A DNA stretch of 64,000 nt from Azolla caroliniana. Taxonomy: Eukaryota; Plantae; Polypodiophyta. How positions within the stretch are numbered: position 1 is the stretch's first letter; every line of letters starts with the position of its first letter. The stretch lies in assembly GCA_043228905.1 (NCBI GenBank), contig JBHGNT010000006.1:6324001-6388000 (forward strand). Direction: 5' to 3'. Under the pieces are notes generated by a model. It had not been told where the DNA came from, did not search any database, and saw only the letters and a program-made list of their open reading frames with translations. Below are positions 10,337 through 20,708 of the stretch, in pieces. The position numbers were made by a program, and so were the translations under genes.

Positions 10337-10460
10337 TATTTATAGGCCCTTATGGAGTATTCTAGAATGTTCTAGAATATTTTAGATATTTATGAATAAT
10401 AATAATAATAAATATAATCATGAAATATTCAAGAACATTCTAGAATAATCTAGAATGTTC
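10337..10460 (-). promoter_or_regulatory. LTR promoter: TATA box plus two heat-shock-element arrays (copy at 4955-5078)
   Basis: TATAAATA at 10344-10337. TTCtaGAAtgTTCtaGAA at 10360-10377. TTCaaGAAcaTTCtaGAAtaATCtaGAAtgTTC at 10428-10460. Confidence 0.7.
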
Positions 10461-10508
10461 TAAATATCTCGTAATAACTAAACATATAATTATTATGATT
10501 ACATCTCA

Positions 10509-10579
10509 CATATGTTATTACAATGGTTAAAGTACAATATGTAAACCAAGAGGTTATGGGTTCGATTCCTGGTTCGCCA
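10509..10579 (+). promoter_or_regulatory. tRNA-like Pol III A-box/B-box module in LTR U3 (copy at 5127-5197)
   Basis: TATTACAATGGTTAAAG ... GAGGTTATGGGTTCGATTCC with 43-nt box spacing. No convincing cloverleaf. Confidence 0.6.
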
Positions 10580-13500
10580 AGATGAATGTCATGATAAGCC
10601 AAGATGTATGTCTTCATGACAAGAAGAACCTTCTAGAGAATGTCGCCATTGTTGAAAAGAATCCACAATTGCAAGAAGTTCCTTGTCATGGATCTCGTAG
10701 TTGATCTCTACAGCTTCAAACTTTCGGGAATGAAAGGCGACAGGGTGTAGCTGTCCATCATCTCCAGTCTGCGATAGGTCACTCCCTAGTGCAAAATCGG
10801 ATGCATCAACTTCAAGGATGAAGCGTTTTGTTGGGTCGACATGTGCTAAGATAGGTGCCGTTGTAAACGCTCGTTTTAAGATTTCAAATGCCTCAGCTGC
10901 ATCGGAACTCCATATAAATGGTTGATTTTTGTGTGTGAGTTGAGTGAGTGGAAGCACGAGAAAACATTGCACATTGCGCACTGAAAGGGGTGTCTACCAC
11001 TCTAAAAAATTTGCACCTACATGGGATCCATAGAAATACCATCTTATGATACAACATACCCCAAAAATTCCACTTGATTTTGGTTGAAACTACACTTTTC
11101 TAATTTTGCGTAGAGACCATATTCTCAGAGTCGACGTAGTACCTAATGAACATGTTCATCATGCTCCTCTTGGGTCTTCGAGTAGATTAAAATATCATCC
11201 AAGTAAACTATAGTGAAGATATCGAGAAAATCTCAAAAAATATCATTTGCCATATGTTAGAAACCTGTAGGTGCATTTGTGAGACCAAATGGCATCACAA
11301 TATACTCAAAATGTCCATAGCGAGTGCAAAAAGCAGTCTTCCATTCATTCCCCAGACGAATCCGAACTAGATTATATGCACCGCGAAGGTCCAACTTCGT
11401 GAAATATTTTGCTCCATTGAGACGTTCCAAAAGATTCGAGATTAATGGTAGAGCATATCTATTCCGGATAGTCACTTTGTTGAGCCCTCGATAATCCACG
11501 ACCAACCGAAGAGTCCCATTTGTTTTCTTAACGAAGAAGATAGGTGCACCAACAGGGGATCTAGAATGACGAATGAAACCGTTTGCCAGATTCTCATCGA
11601 TATATTCCCGCAAAGTCTCTAGCTCTATAGGGGAGAGATTATAAATTGGGCCCCATGGAGGTTCTTTCCCTGGTTGTAAGTCAATAGGGAAGTCGTAGGG
11701 TCGATGCTCTGGCAATGTATTGGCCTTCACCTTATAAAAGACATCTGAGAACTCTTTGTATTTCTCTGGTAGTTTAATGTCCGCTTCATGTAAAGTGGAT
11801 GATAGAGTTGCTACTATTGTGAATACAAACATGGCCTCATAGAGAGATGATCGATAACTCAAGGGATCTAGTATCACATGTCGGAGATTTGAGGGATGCG
11901 GAGTTTGTGCTTTCTTCCCCGGTCTCTTCAATTGTTCTTTTCATCCAATCAATCTTCGGGTTATGGAGTTCAAACCAAGGGAGACCTAGAACTATTGGGT
12001 GTTCCGGACAACGAATAATGTTGAAAGAGATTATGCTTGCCAAATCACCAAGAAATATCCGAATTGGCTTGGACTCCTTGACTATATCTCATGATGTTAT
12101 GGGACGGCCATCAATGACTCCTACGGCTACTGGGCTTGGCTTGGGAGCTTATTCAAGAGGATGTTTTATGACAATGCAAATTCACGATCATTGAAACAAG
12201 AGTTGGCTCCAGAATCTAGGAGGGTAGAGGCTAGGACTCGATGACATGTAGATGTGGTAAGCTTGACTTGTGCAAAAAAAACTCTACTCACTTGATTTGA
12301 TGGAATGGAACCACAACTAGGAACTAACTCTACATAGCTAGGATGGTCTAACCAAATGGCTCCTATTTTGGCAAGACTTACTCGTTTAACACATCCTCTA
12401 ATTGGCTCAAGACATCAAAACTATTCTCATGGCATGGACTATGAGGCTTACTCATGTAATTAGAAGTAAAAATGGAACTCGAAGTAGGGTTGTCATATGC
12501 ACTTACTTGGTATACTTGACGTCTAGGTTTATGTGGACAATTTACGGCTATATGTCATGGACCGCCACAATACAAGCATAGGTGATGCGCTGTCGTGAAG
12601 TTTCCGGCACATAGTGAGAAACCGGGAGATATTGGAGGGATCGGCGAGGTGCAACGTGTGCACCCATCCTTGTAAAAACGTGTGAATAGTAGGATTCAAG
12701 TCGGGACAAAGAATCCCATGTAAGTTGGGATTTATCCCACATTGTAACACATCCCTCTCCTTGTTCTATAAAAGGAAGGGATAGTCCCTTGTAGAGGGGT
12801 TGCCCATTTTGAGTTAGGAGCGTATACCACTTAGGCCTAGGGTTTGGTAGAGTTCTTCCTCTTCATCTTATTCTTGTCCCCTTAGGGTTTGTACTTGGGT
12901 CTTCACCCTATTTCGTTTAGGGTTTCATCTTGTCTTCTTCTTCTTCTTCTGCCCCCTTCGTGGTTGTCGAGGGTTTTAGCCCAGTGAAGAGCTTGGATGT
13001 TATGTGCGGGGTTTACTTCTACTCGGCCTCCTGTGCAAGACCCCGCTCGGCGCGACGAGCCCGAGAGCTCCCCGACGGCGGCTTGGCAGCAAACTGTTGT
13101 TGTGACCTAGCCTACCTCAGTCCGGCTTGGAGCCGGTGTTGTAACTCACTCTTGTAATCATATATATTGTTAAGTAATTAGGTAATTAACTAGGGTTAAT
13201 TAGAGACTAATTATATGGTTACGTTAAGTAGCGGAAGATTAGTATGATATGCACGTGAGAGTGTGTGAGAGGGAGGGAGAGAGAGAGAGGAAGTTACACT
13301 TATGAACACGAAGATAAATGGGGGATGATTGACTATTGAAAAGCTTCATCAACATACAAAAATACCCACAATGAGGTATATATACAACCCATGTGCAAAG
13401 GTGCACATGTGTGGGTAGAACATAGGTACTTATGTGTAAGTCCTACATTAAATGTACTAAGGAGTGGAGGATCTAGAATATCTCACTTAAGTACAAGGTC

Positions 13501-13732
13501 CTATTTAAAGGCTTAAGGTCAACACATTAACTAGATTCGATCTAGGTAACTACTAAGTTACATGTGCTGACTAGCTAGATTAAACTAGTTGAGATTGATA
13601 TCTCAACACGCCCCCTCAAGCTCAAGTGTCAGGCGTCCAACGTCCGGTTTAGTTTCCTTCAGCTTCGTCGGCATCGGTGCGGATTGCGGCTTTCTTCTCG
13701 TCTTTGCGGCTTCGTTGCGCGGCTCTCCGCGT

Positions 13733-14306
13733 TGTCGTGATGTTTTGTGTCCAATGGGAGAAATTGTGAAATAGTGTGGCTCCACACACATTATACACAT
13801 GATTATAAATATGAAAATTAGCCTAGGGTCTGATGACATTCAAGTGCATATAGAAGGGTGCAAGCAAGATTTGAACCTTGCACTTCTAAGATAAGAAGCA
13901 ATTATCTTACCACTAAAGCTACTACTAAGTGCTTTAGATTTTGTATATTTCCTTCTCAGAGTTAGTATTCCATAGGAAACAAACATACAAAACCATGGTT
14001 TTAGCCTATGGTTTTGTGCATGCCACAAGGAAAACCGTGTGCCCGAAAACCATGGGTTCAAGCCCATGGTTTTGTGCATGTTAGAAGGATAGATAAACCT
14101 ATAAAAACCCTTGAAAGGTTTGTGTAATGAGAGGGGGGATCAATCAATGGATGAATCAAACAATCTATGAATTAATCTATGTATCAAATCGAAAATTAAT
14201 AATAAGAAAACTTAATTATCTTATTGGTGATGTGTATCTATCTATCTATCTATCTATCTTAAAAACTTCCTCAATTTCTGTTTCTCTCTCTCTCACTCTA
14301 ACCACA
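13733..14306 (+). mobile_element. LTR-like AT-rich insertion in the Copia 3' region
   Basis: TGTCGT...ACCACA ends, TATA-like CTATAAAAA near 14099, CT-rich 3' end, palindromes AAAACCATGGG/CCCATGGTTTT, and an antisense tRNA-like A/B module at 13921-13867. No TSD found, so the boundaries are uncertain. Confidence 0.45.
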
Positions 14307-17028
14307 TTAGTGCGTCACTTCAGCCGCCCATAATCCATAACCACTAGCGGATAGAGGCTCGGTGCTTGTCCGTGCTTGTGACGCGCACATCCCGACGTTT
14401 GGCACATGTGTCACGCGCCACACGATAGCGTCTTCGCGGCCTCGTTGCGCGGCTCTCTGCGGCCTCGTTGTGTAGCTCTCCACGGCTTTGTTGCGCGGCT
14501 CTTCGCGGCATATTCTCCCCGTCAAGCCTGTGACGAAGGCTTGGATCCTCGGGCTCTTGTTCAGCCACTACCTTCATCGCGAGGGCATAGTGATGAGCCA
14601 TATACTTGTTGTAGGCGTAACGAGTGACTTGGGTCTTCGCTCGTGATGAGCGGCGGAGTTTCTCATTTGTCGATGTGAGCGCCTTCTTTACTCCGGGTGT
14701 CCTCATGATGGGTACACCGAACTCACTGTCTAGTGAGCGAGCCGAATCATCTGAATCACGGTCGTCGGGGTGTACCTCGGCTTCGCATTCGGGCATCTTA
14801 CCTTTGCCTTTGTCCGATGTCATACTTTGCCGCGACGTGTTTTCATCATGTGGAGGCTCTTGTGGGCCAATTAGCTCGGTAGAGCTTGGATTGTCCTTTG
14901 GTGGAGGACCTGGCCGAGTTTCGTCGTCCAAGTTGGTGTTCAACTCTTCCTAGATCGGGTCGGATGGAGTCGCATCGGGCTTATACCAAGATGCCGATTC
15001 GTCGAAAACGACGTCGCGACTTATCCGCACCGCTTGGGTCGAAGGGTTGAAGCACTTGTATGCCTTTTTCGTAGACAAGTATCCTATGAGGATACATTCT
15101 TCCAACTTCGCGTCGGGCTTCTCTCGACTTTCGTTCGGGATGCATACATTCGCAATGCTTCTGAACACTTTGAGGTGCGAGAGGATGGGCTTCCTTCCAA
15201 CGAAGATCTCGTATGGAGTGAGCTCGTGGACTCCATTGGTGGTGCACCAGTTCATGAGATAGAAGGCCGTGGATGCCGCTTTGGCCCAATAGAAATTCGG
15301 CATGTGCTTCTCATGCACCATGGCGCGTGCTACCTCGAGAATTTGCCGATTCTTTCTCTCGGCTACTCCGTTTTGTTGGGGAGTGTGTCGGCATGAGAAT
15401 TCTCTACGAATGCCTTCACCTTGAAGGTAGGAGGTGAACTCGTCGGAGAAGTACTCCTTTCCTCCGTCTGATCGTAGGCATCGAATGTGCCGACCGGTTT
15501 CTTTCTCCACTTGGCTTTTGAGCCTTTGAAAGTGGGAGAGCACTTCGCTCTTCTTCTTCATCGGGTATATCCACGAGTAGCGCGAGTGGTTGTCGATGAA
15601 GGTGACGTAGTAGCAGAATCCGGTGAGCGTCGGCGTTTGAGCCGGCCCCCATACGTCCGAGTGGATTATGTCAAGGAGGACTTTGCTTGTGGAGCTCTCC
15701 TTCGGGAATGGGAGTCGATGTTGTTTGCCGAGTTGGCATGCTTCGCACACTCGGTCGACTCGTTTCGATTCGAAGGCCCGAAGTCTGATTACGACTCTCT
15801 TTGATTGCATTCCGCGAAGTCGTTGGAAGTTTACGTGGCCGATTCGCTTGTGCCACAACTCGATGTTTGTCTCGGTCTTGAGAACTTTGGCGTACATGGC
15901 TGATTTTACCTCGTTCGAGTCGAGGATGAACAAGTGACTTTCTCTCCGTCCCTTGGCTATGAATCAACCGTCTTTCTCGATGAACCAACCTTCATTGTTA
16001 AAGTGGACTTGCATGCCTTGCTCCACGATTTGGCCAACCGAGACCAAATTCTTTGTTATTGTGGGCACGTGCAAGACATTCTTGATGCAGGTTTGCTCAC
16101 CTTCTTTCCAGAATGGGACATCGTCGATGTGCCGAATGGGATGCAGAGTGTCGTCTCCGGTCTCTATGTAGCGGGGTAGATCCGGTGTTCACAAGTCGCG
16201 AAACCACTCTTGGTGTGACGTCATATGGTGCGAGGCGCCGGAGTCTACGAACCATGCATGTTCGGAGTTGGAGGTGCTTGCGGAGTTTGCGGGATCGGAG
16301 GCCATCATAGAGTTCGCTCTATGCCTCATCACGAAGAGTCCGCCGTAGTCCGCGTATTCCGCATTCGTGGCGTAATTTGTGAGTTGCCGGCTTGTTGAGG
16401 CCGACTCGCTTCGTCTTTTTCGGCACTCCTCTTCGCGATGACCGATTTTGCCGCAATAGTTTCACGTAGATGGCGTCGTTCGCCGACCTTGTTCGGTGTG
16501 GAAGCTCCCCCTTCTTGTGAAGGTTCCTTGATGGCTTCCGTTTCCTTGCCGAAATTGTGAATTCCCTTCGTGGGATAGGTTGAATTGACCTCTTCCGCTT
16601 CGACCTCGTTTATGGGCACCATCCGTATCGGAGAAGAGCATTTGTCCTTCCGATGTGTTGGTCTTTGATTGAACGTGGTTTTCTTCGACCGATAGCATTG
16701 ATTGGAGGTTGAAGAACGAGGGAGGGGTATCTCTCGCCAAGATTGCCGTTCTCAACGGGTTGAATCGTTGTGCGAGGCCGCCCAAGCATACTTGCACCAT
16801 CTCGTCCTCGTCGATGTTGACGTTGATGGAGCCAAGCGAGTCGCAAATGCTCTTGATCTTGGCGGTGTAGTCCGTCACGGACATTTCTTTTTGTCGTATG
16901 TTGTTCAACTCTTGCCGGAGTTGAAGCTTGCGCGCGGATGTGTTTGCGGCGAAAATCTCCTTGAGATTTTCCCACGCCTCATTGGGCGTCTCTGGCGTCA
17001 CGAATGTGGCTAAGCATGTGGTCGTTTA

Positions 17029-17764
17029 TGTTGGGAGACAGGTCCCTCCGGATGGGAAGGAAGAAGAACAGTGCCGATGAACAAAACGGTATGAGGAGTA
17101 CCCGGCTACGGAGAGCCGGATGATACAGACCCGGTGAGGACCGGATGAGGAGTACCCGGCTACGGAGAGCCGGATGATACAGTCCCGGTGAAGACCGGAT
17201 GAGGAGTACCCGGCTACGGAGAGCCGGATGATACAGTCCCGGTATGAACCGGATGAGGAGTACCCGGCTACGGAGAGCCGGATGGTGCAGAACCGGTGAG
17301 AACCGGAGGAAGAGACATATTCGTAAATATGTTTTTGAGACCCATCGAGGCTATATTTGTAAATAGCCGAAAAGTCATATTAGTATAAATATGACTTAGG
17401 GCAAACTTTTAGTTGTTGTTGTCATTCTTCCTTGTTGGTGCAAGAAGAAGAGAGAGCACGTAATAGTGTACAGAGAGAGAGAGAGAGAGAGAAAGAGGTC
17501 GTTGCCTCTGTTGTAACCGCCGTGTGTGGCGAAGATCTGTGAGCACGAGGTCATTGCCTCAGTGAACTCACTGTTGTACATTCTCACATAGTGACAGTTT
17601 GCAGCCTGTGGGCTGCCGTGGTTTTTCCCTCTTTGGGTTTTCCACGTAAACCTCCTGTGTATCTTCCTCTCCTTTGTGTCGTGTTTTATTTCCCGTTTTC
17701 TGTGTATCATTCTACGCTCGGTTGTGGCCGAGCGTCGCACATAAGGAACGTCGGGTTCCTGTCA
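17029..17764 (+). mobile_element. Solo LTR (736 bp, probably Copia) inserted in the Copia gag
   Basis: TGTTGGG...CCTGTCA ends, perfect TSD GTTTA, U5-like GGGTTTTCCACGTAAA. gag resumes on both sides. Confidence 0.9.
17091..17306 (+). repeat. Four tandem 54-bp units in U3 of the solo LTR
   Basis: Unit ATGAGGAGTACCCGGCTACGGAGAGCCGGATGATACAGTCCCGGTGAAGACCGG starting at 17091, 17145, 17199 and 17253. Confidence 0.95.
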
Positions 17765-18692
17765 GTTTACACATGTTGCCAAGCAATACATTACCCGACT
17801 CGCGCCTTGCTCCCATGTTGGGTAGTTGGCGTGTGTGGTTTTGGGTTTGTTTTCTTGTGCGCCGTTGATGTAGCTCCAATACCCTTGGCCGACAAGGTAT
17901 TGATTCATCTTGTACTCCCAAGATGAATAGATGCTTCGGTCTAGCTTTTCGCTAGGGAGTGAGCTTCCCATTTGTGTGTTCATGTTGATTGTTGTGTCTT
18001 TCGTTTTGTTTTTCTTCTCTTGGTCACATACACGTCCTTCGTAGCGGCACTACGGTAGCGGATAGCGAATAGTCAGGATTTGTCGTCGACGTCTCGAACA
18101 CACAATCACGAATAAGCGGTGGGTTTAGTGGATTTCCTAAACCACGTGCTCTGATACCATGTTAAGTAATTAGTTAATTAACTAGGGTTAATTAGAGACT
18201 AATTATATGGTTACGTTAAGTAGCGGAAAATTAGTATGATATGCATGTGAGAGTGTGTGAGAGGAAGAGAGAGAGAGAGGAAGTTACACTTATGAACACG
18301 AAGATAAATGGGGGATGATTGACTATTGAAAAGTGTCATCAACATACAAAAATACCCACAATGAGGTATATATACAACCCATGTGCAAAGGTGCACATGT
18401 GTGGGTAGAACATAGGTACTTATGTGTAAGTCCTACATTAAATGTACTAAGGAGTGGAGGATCTAGAATATCCCACTTAAGTACAAGGTCCTATTTAAAG
18501 GCTTAAGGTCAACACATTAGCTAGATTCAATCTAGGTAACTACTAAGTTACATGTGCTAACTAGCTAGATTAAACTAGTTGAGCTTGATATCTCAACATA
18601 TATAAAGGGTTGTGCATATTTGTGTCTCTATTGGTGTCGGGTGCGTTTCGTTCTTTGTTTCCTGAGTGTATAAGAGTCAGTGTCGCGCACAT

Positions 18693-18768
<76 letters not shown>

Positions 18769-19883
18769 TCATGTTCAGTTGCCTCCGGGTCGTGTCCGGA
18801 GTCGGGTTTATCGGTATCCCCTTCTCCCTTGTCCGAGACCCCCGTGGTCCCGCCGTTTCGACACGCACGCGCATAATAATGTGACAACACTCGACGTCGT
18901 TGCTTCTCAGCATCTGATAAAGGCCCACGACGTTGTGTTGACTCTATTTCTATCGGAGTTGGGCCATCCGTTGTAATGGGTCTGGAAACTAGTCAAGGTG
19001 TTGCGACTACAGAAGCATAAGTTTGTTCTGGCTGGCAGCATAACATTTGTTGGCGCTTAGAACGTCACTCAAATAGGCGATTATCACATCGCACACCTCG
19101 TTAATGGCCTCTGTAAGCGACTTCGGATCTTCAAGGAAAGTAAGAAGAAGATCTTTGACATCATTACGCAAACCTTGACGAAATTGATCCATTAAGGCCA
19201 CCTCATCCCAAGGGATATTGCATGCCAAGAGACGGAAATCAGTTGCATAAGCCAACGCGGGACAATATCCTTGTCGAAGCCTTCGAATCTTGTTTATTAT
19301 TGTCCTAGTGTTGTCGGTGTCTCCAAAACTAGCTTGAAACTCCTTTAAAAATGCCTTGAAATCCTCCAGCAATGGTGATTTCTTCTCGAGATGTGGTGCG
19401 AACCACGCTAATGTCGTACCGCATAGCAAAGTTCCCACTAATCCCACACGAGCAGCATCAGTTTGATATTGATTGGGATGTAGCTGAATAACCAGACGAA
19501 CTTGATTCAACAAACCTCGAAATAAAGACCTCGTACCATCAAACTTGGCGGGGAGGCTAATATTTGGTTCTCTAGGGGAGTTCTGAGCCCCTAACGCTTG
19601 TTCTCATAATGATAATATAGTCGCCTTGAGTTGGTGAACCCATTGTGATAACTCTTCATACTGTTGAGCTTTTTCGGTGCTCACTTGTTGTAGGTCACCA
19701 AGTAGCCTTTGATTTTCGTGCTCTAATGCCACAAATTTATTCGTGAGCATGTTGAGCTTAGAAAGAACACGCATATACTGTTGTTTGCTCACGAACTCCA
19801 TAGCTTACGAAGGGAGAGGATAAGGAAGAAGAGAACTTGTTAGGGTTTGTGGAAGAGGAAGAAATGAAAAAATTGGTTCAAAC

Positions 19884-20204
19884 TGTCAGGAGAGAGTGAG
19901 AGAGAGAGTTGAAAGGGAAATATTATATTGCTGAGTAAAACGGATTACAAGGAGTAGGCAACATAGTGCTATAGAATGGCGTTGAACCAATTTAGTTTTG
20001 GGATGATTAATAGATCCCTATTTATAAGTAATATAGAACACTCTAGAATATTCTAGGTCATTCTAGAATGTAGAGTAATATAGAATATTCATATTATATT
20101 CTAAAAACTATATATATAAGAATATTAACACAATGGTTAAGGATTTGACATGCGTATAACAAGGTCATGGGTTCAAATCCTTTCGAGGCATGATATGAGT
20201 GACA
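19884..20204 (-). repeat. 5' LTR of the host chromovirus
   Basis: TGTCAGG...GTGACA ends. Same layout as 10073-10621: self-primer 19982-19993, TATA 20019-20026, HSE-like array 20036-20068, A/B boxes 20126-20180. Confidence 0.85.
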
Positions 20205-20708
20205 TCAACACATCAACACAAATTTTAAGAAAACCAACATCTTCACCAAAGCCCTAGGAGCCGACAATCTTTGGCAATTCATCTCAAACCTTGGATTGAC
20301 GATCCCTAACTTGCCAAGCTTGAGGGGGAGAACAAGAAAGAACCGGATATCGTACCACTACTTTTTACACATTAACTATGTGACATAGAATCATATTCTA
20401 TGACACATGACTAATGAGTTTCCACATTCCCCATGTATGAGTTTCTATAGCTCTAGAGAGATAGTGGGTGTTTAATGAAGAGAGAGGGTGACCTTCTATA
20501 AAGCACCATCCTGCTACTTCATAAAGTGTCGGTTGTCCTCCCTTGTAATGCTACATTTTTGTACAATTCTCCTTGTTAATATACATCTTCTTGAGTACTT
20601 CATTTCTTTTATCTATCTATTGTTTATCTTCTCTCCTCTTCTTTTTCCACAAACACACACATAACACACATCTCTTCCGCTGCACAGAATCATATCTGAT
20701 TCTTTACA
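20205..20708 (+). mobile_element. Copia remnant: RNase H C-terminus plus partial 3' LTR
   Basis: Translates to QHINT...IFTKALGADNLWQFISNLGLTIPNLPSLRG. LTR portion ends TTCTTTACA and is homologous to 1632-2054. Confidence 0.75.

Larger units (their letters stand above)
4691..10621 (-). mobile_element. Full-length, very young Ty3 chromovirus (Tcn1-like)
   Basis: 549-bp LTRs at 4691-5239 and 10073-10621, identical by eye. Perfect 5-bp TSD AGAAG (4686-4690 and 10622-10626). PPT at about 5240-5254. gag and pol ORFs with a chromodomain. Confidence 0.97.
10073..10621 (-). repeat. 5' LTR of the young chromovirus
   Basis: Direct repeat of 4691-5239, upstream of gag. Confidence 0.97.
14344..17983 (-). 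pseudogene. Copia gag-protease-integrase polyprotein remnant
   Basis: gag 17983-17765 and 17028-16462 (KLDRSIYSSWEYKM, LQLRQEL), protease remnant about 16250-15950, integrase 15933-14950 (LWHKRIGH, CEAC, HSDVWGP, LRSDGGKEY, QQNGVAER), linker 14943-14540. Frameshifted. Confidence 0.9.
13168..18598 (-). mobile_element. Ty1/Copia element with gag-PR-INT but no RT/RNase H (non-autonomous)
   Basis: LTRs 13168-13608 and 18160-18598 (about 10 substitutions by eye), TSD TATAT, PBS TGGTATCAGAGC (tRNA-iMet, 18159-18148), PPT GAGGGGGCG next to 13609. Confidence 0.93.
12591..18886 (+). mobile_element. Ty3 solo LTR (about 865 bp: 12591-13167 plus 18599-18886) split by a Copia insertion
   Basis: TGTCGTGAAG...GTGACA ends and the same family as 2709-3541. 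Inserted in the host gag next to the zinc knuckle. Degraded 4-bp TSD GCGC/ACAC. Confidence 0.82.
3542..20204 (-). mobile_element. Decayed host Ty3 chromovirus (Tcn1-like) interrupted by nested insertions
   Basis: 5' LTR 19884-20204. gag fragments 18887-19801 and about 12380-12590; PR/RT/RH 10622-12380; RH/INT 3542-4690. All are collinear with and similar to the element at 4691-10621 but carry many stops and frameshifts. Confidence 0.9.

Noticed and set aside
13808-13845. Hammerhead ribozyme (GAAA...CTGATGA)
   Set aside because: Too short to form stems I and III, and stem II does not pair.
17091-17306. CRISPR-like palindromic repeat array
   Set aside because: Units are contiguous with no unique spacers, there are no cas genes, and the array lies inside a eukaryotic solo LTR.
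18570-18976. ORFs with SLSLSL or ERERER runs (also the 1693-1757 tract)
   Set aside because: These are translations of (CT)n/(GA)n microsatellites inside LTRs.
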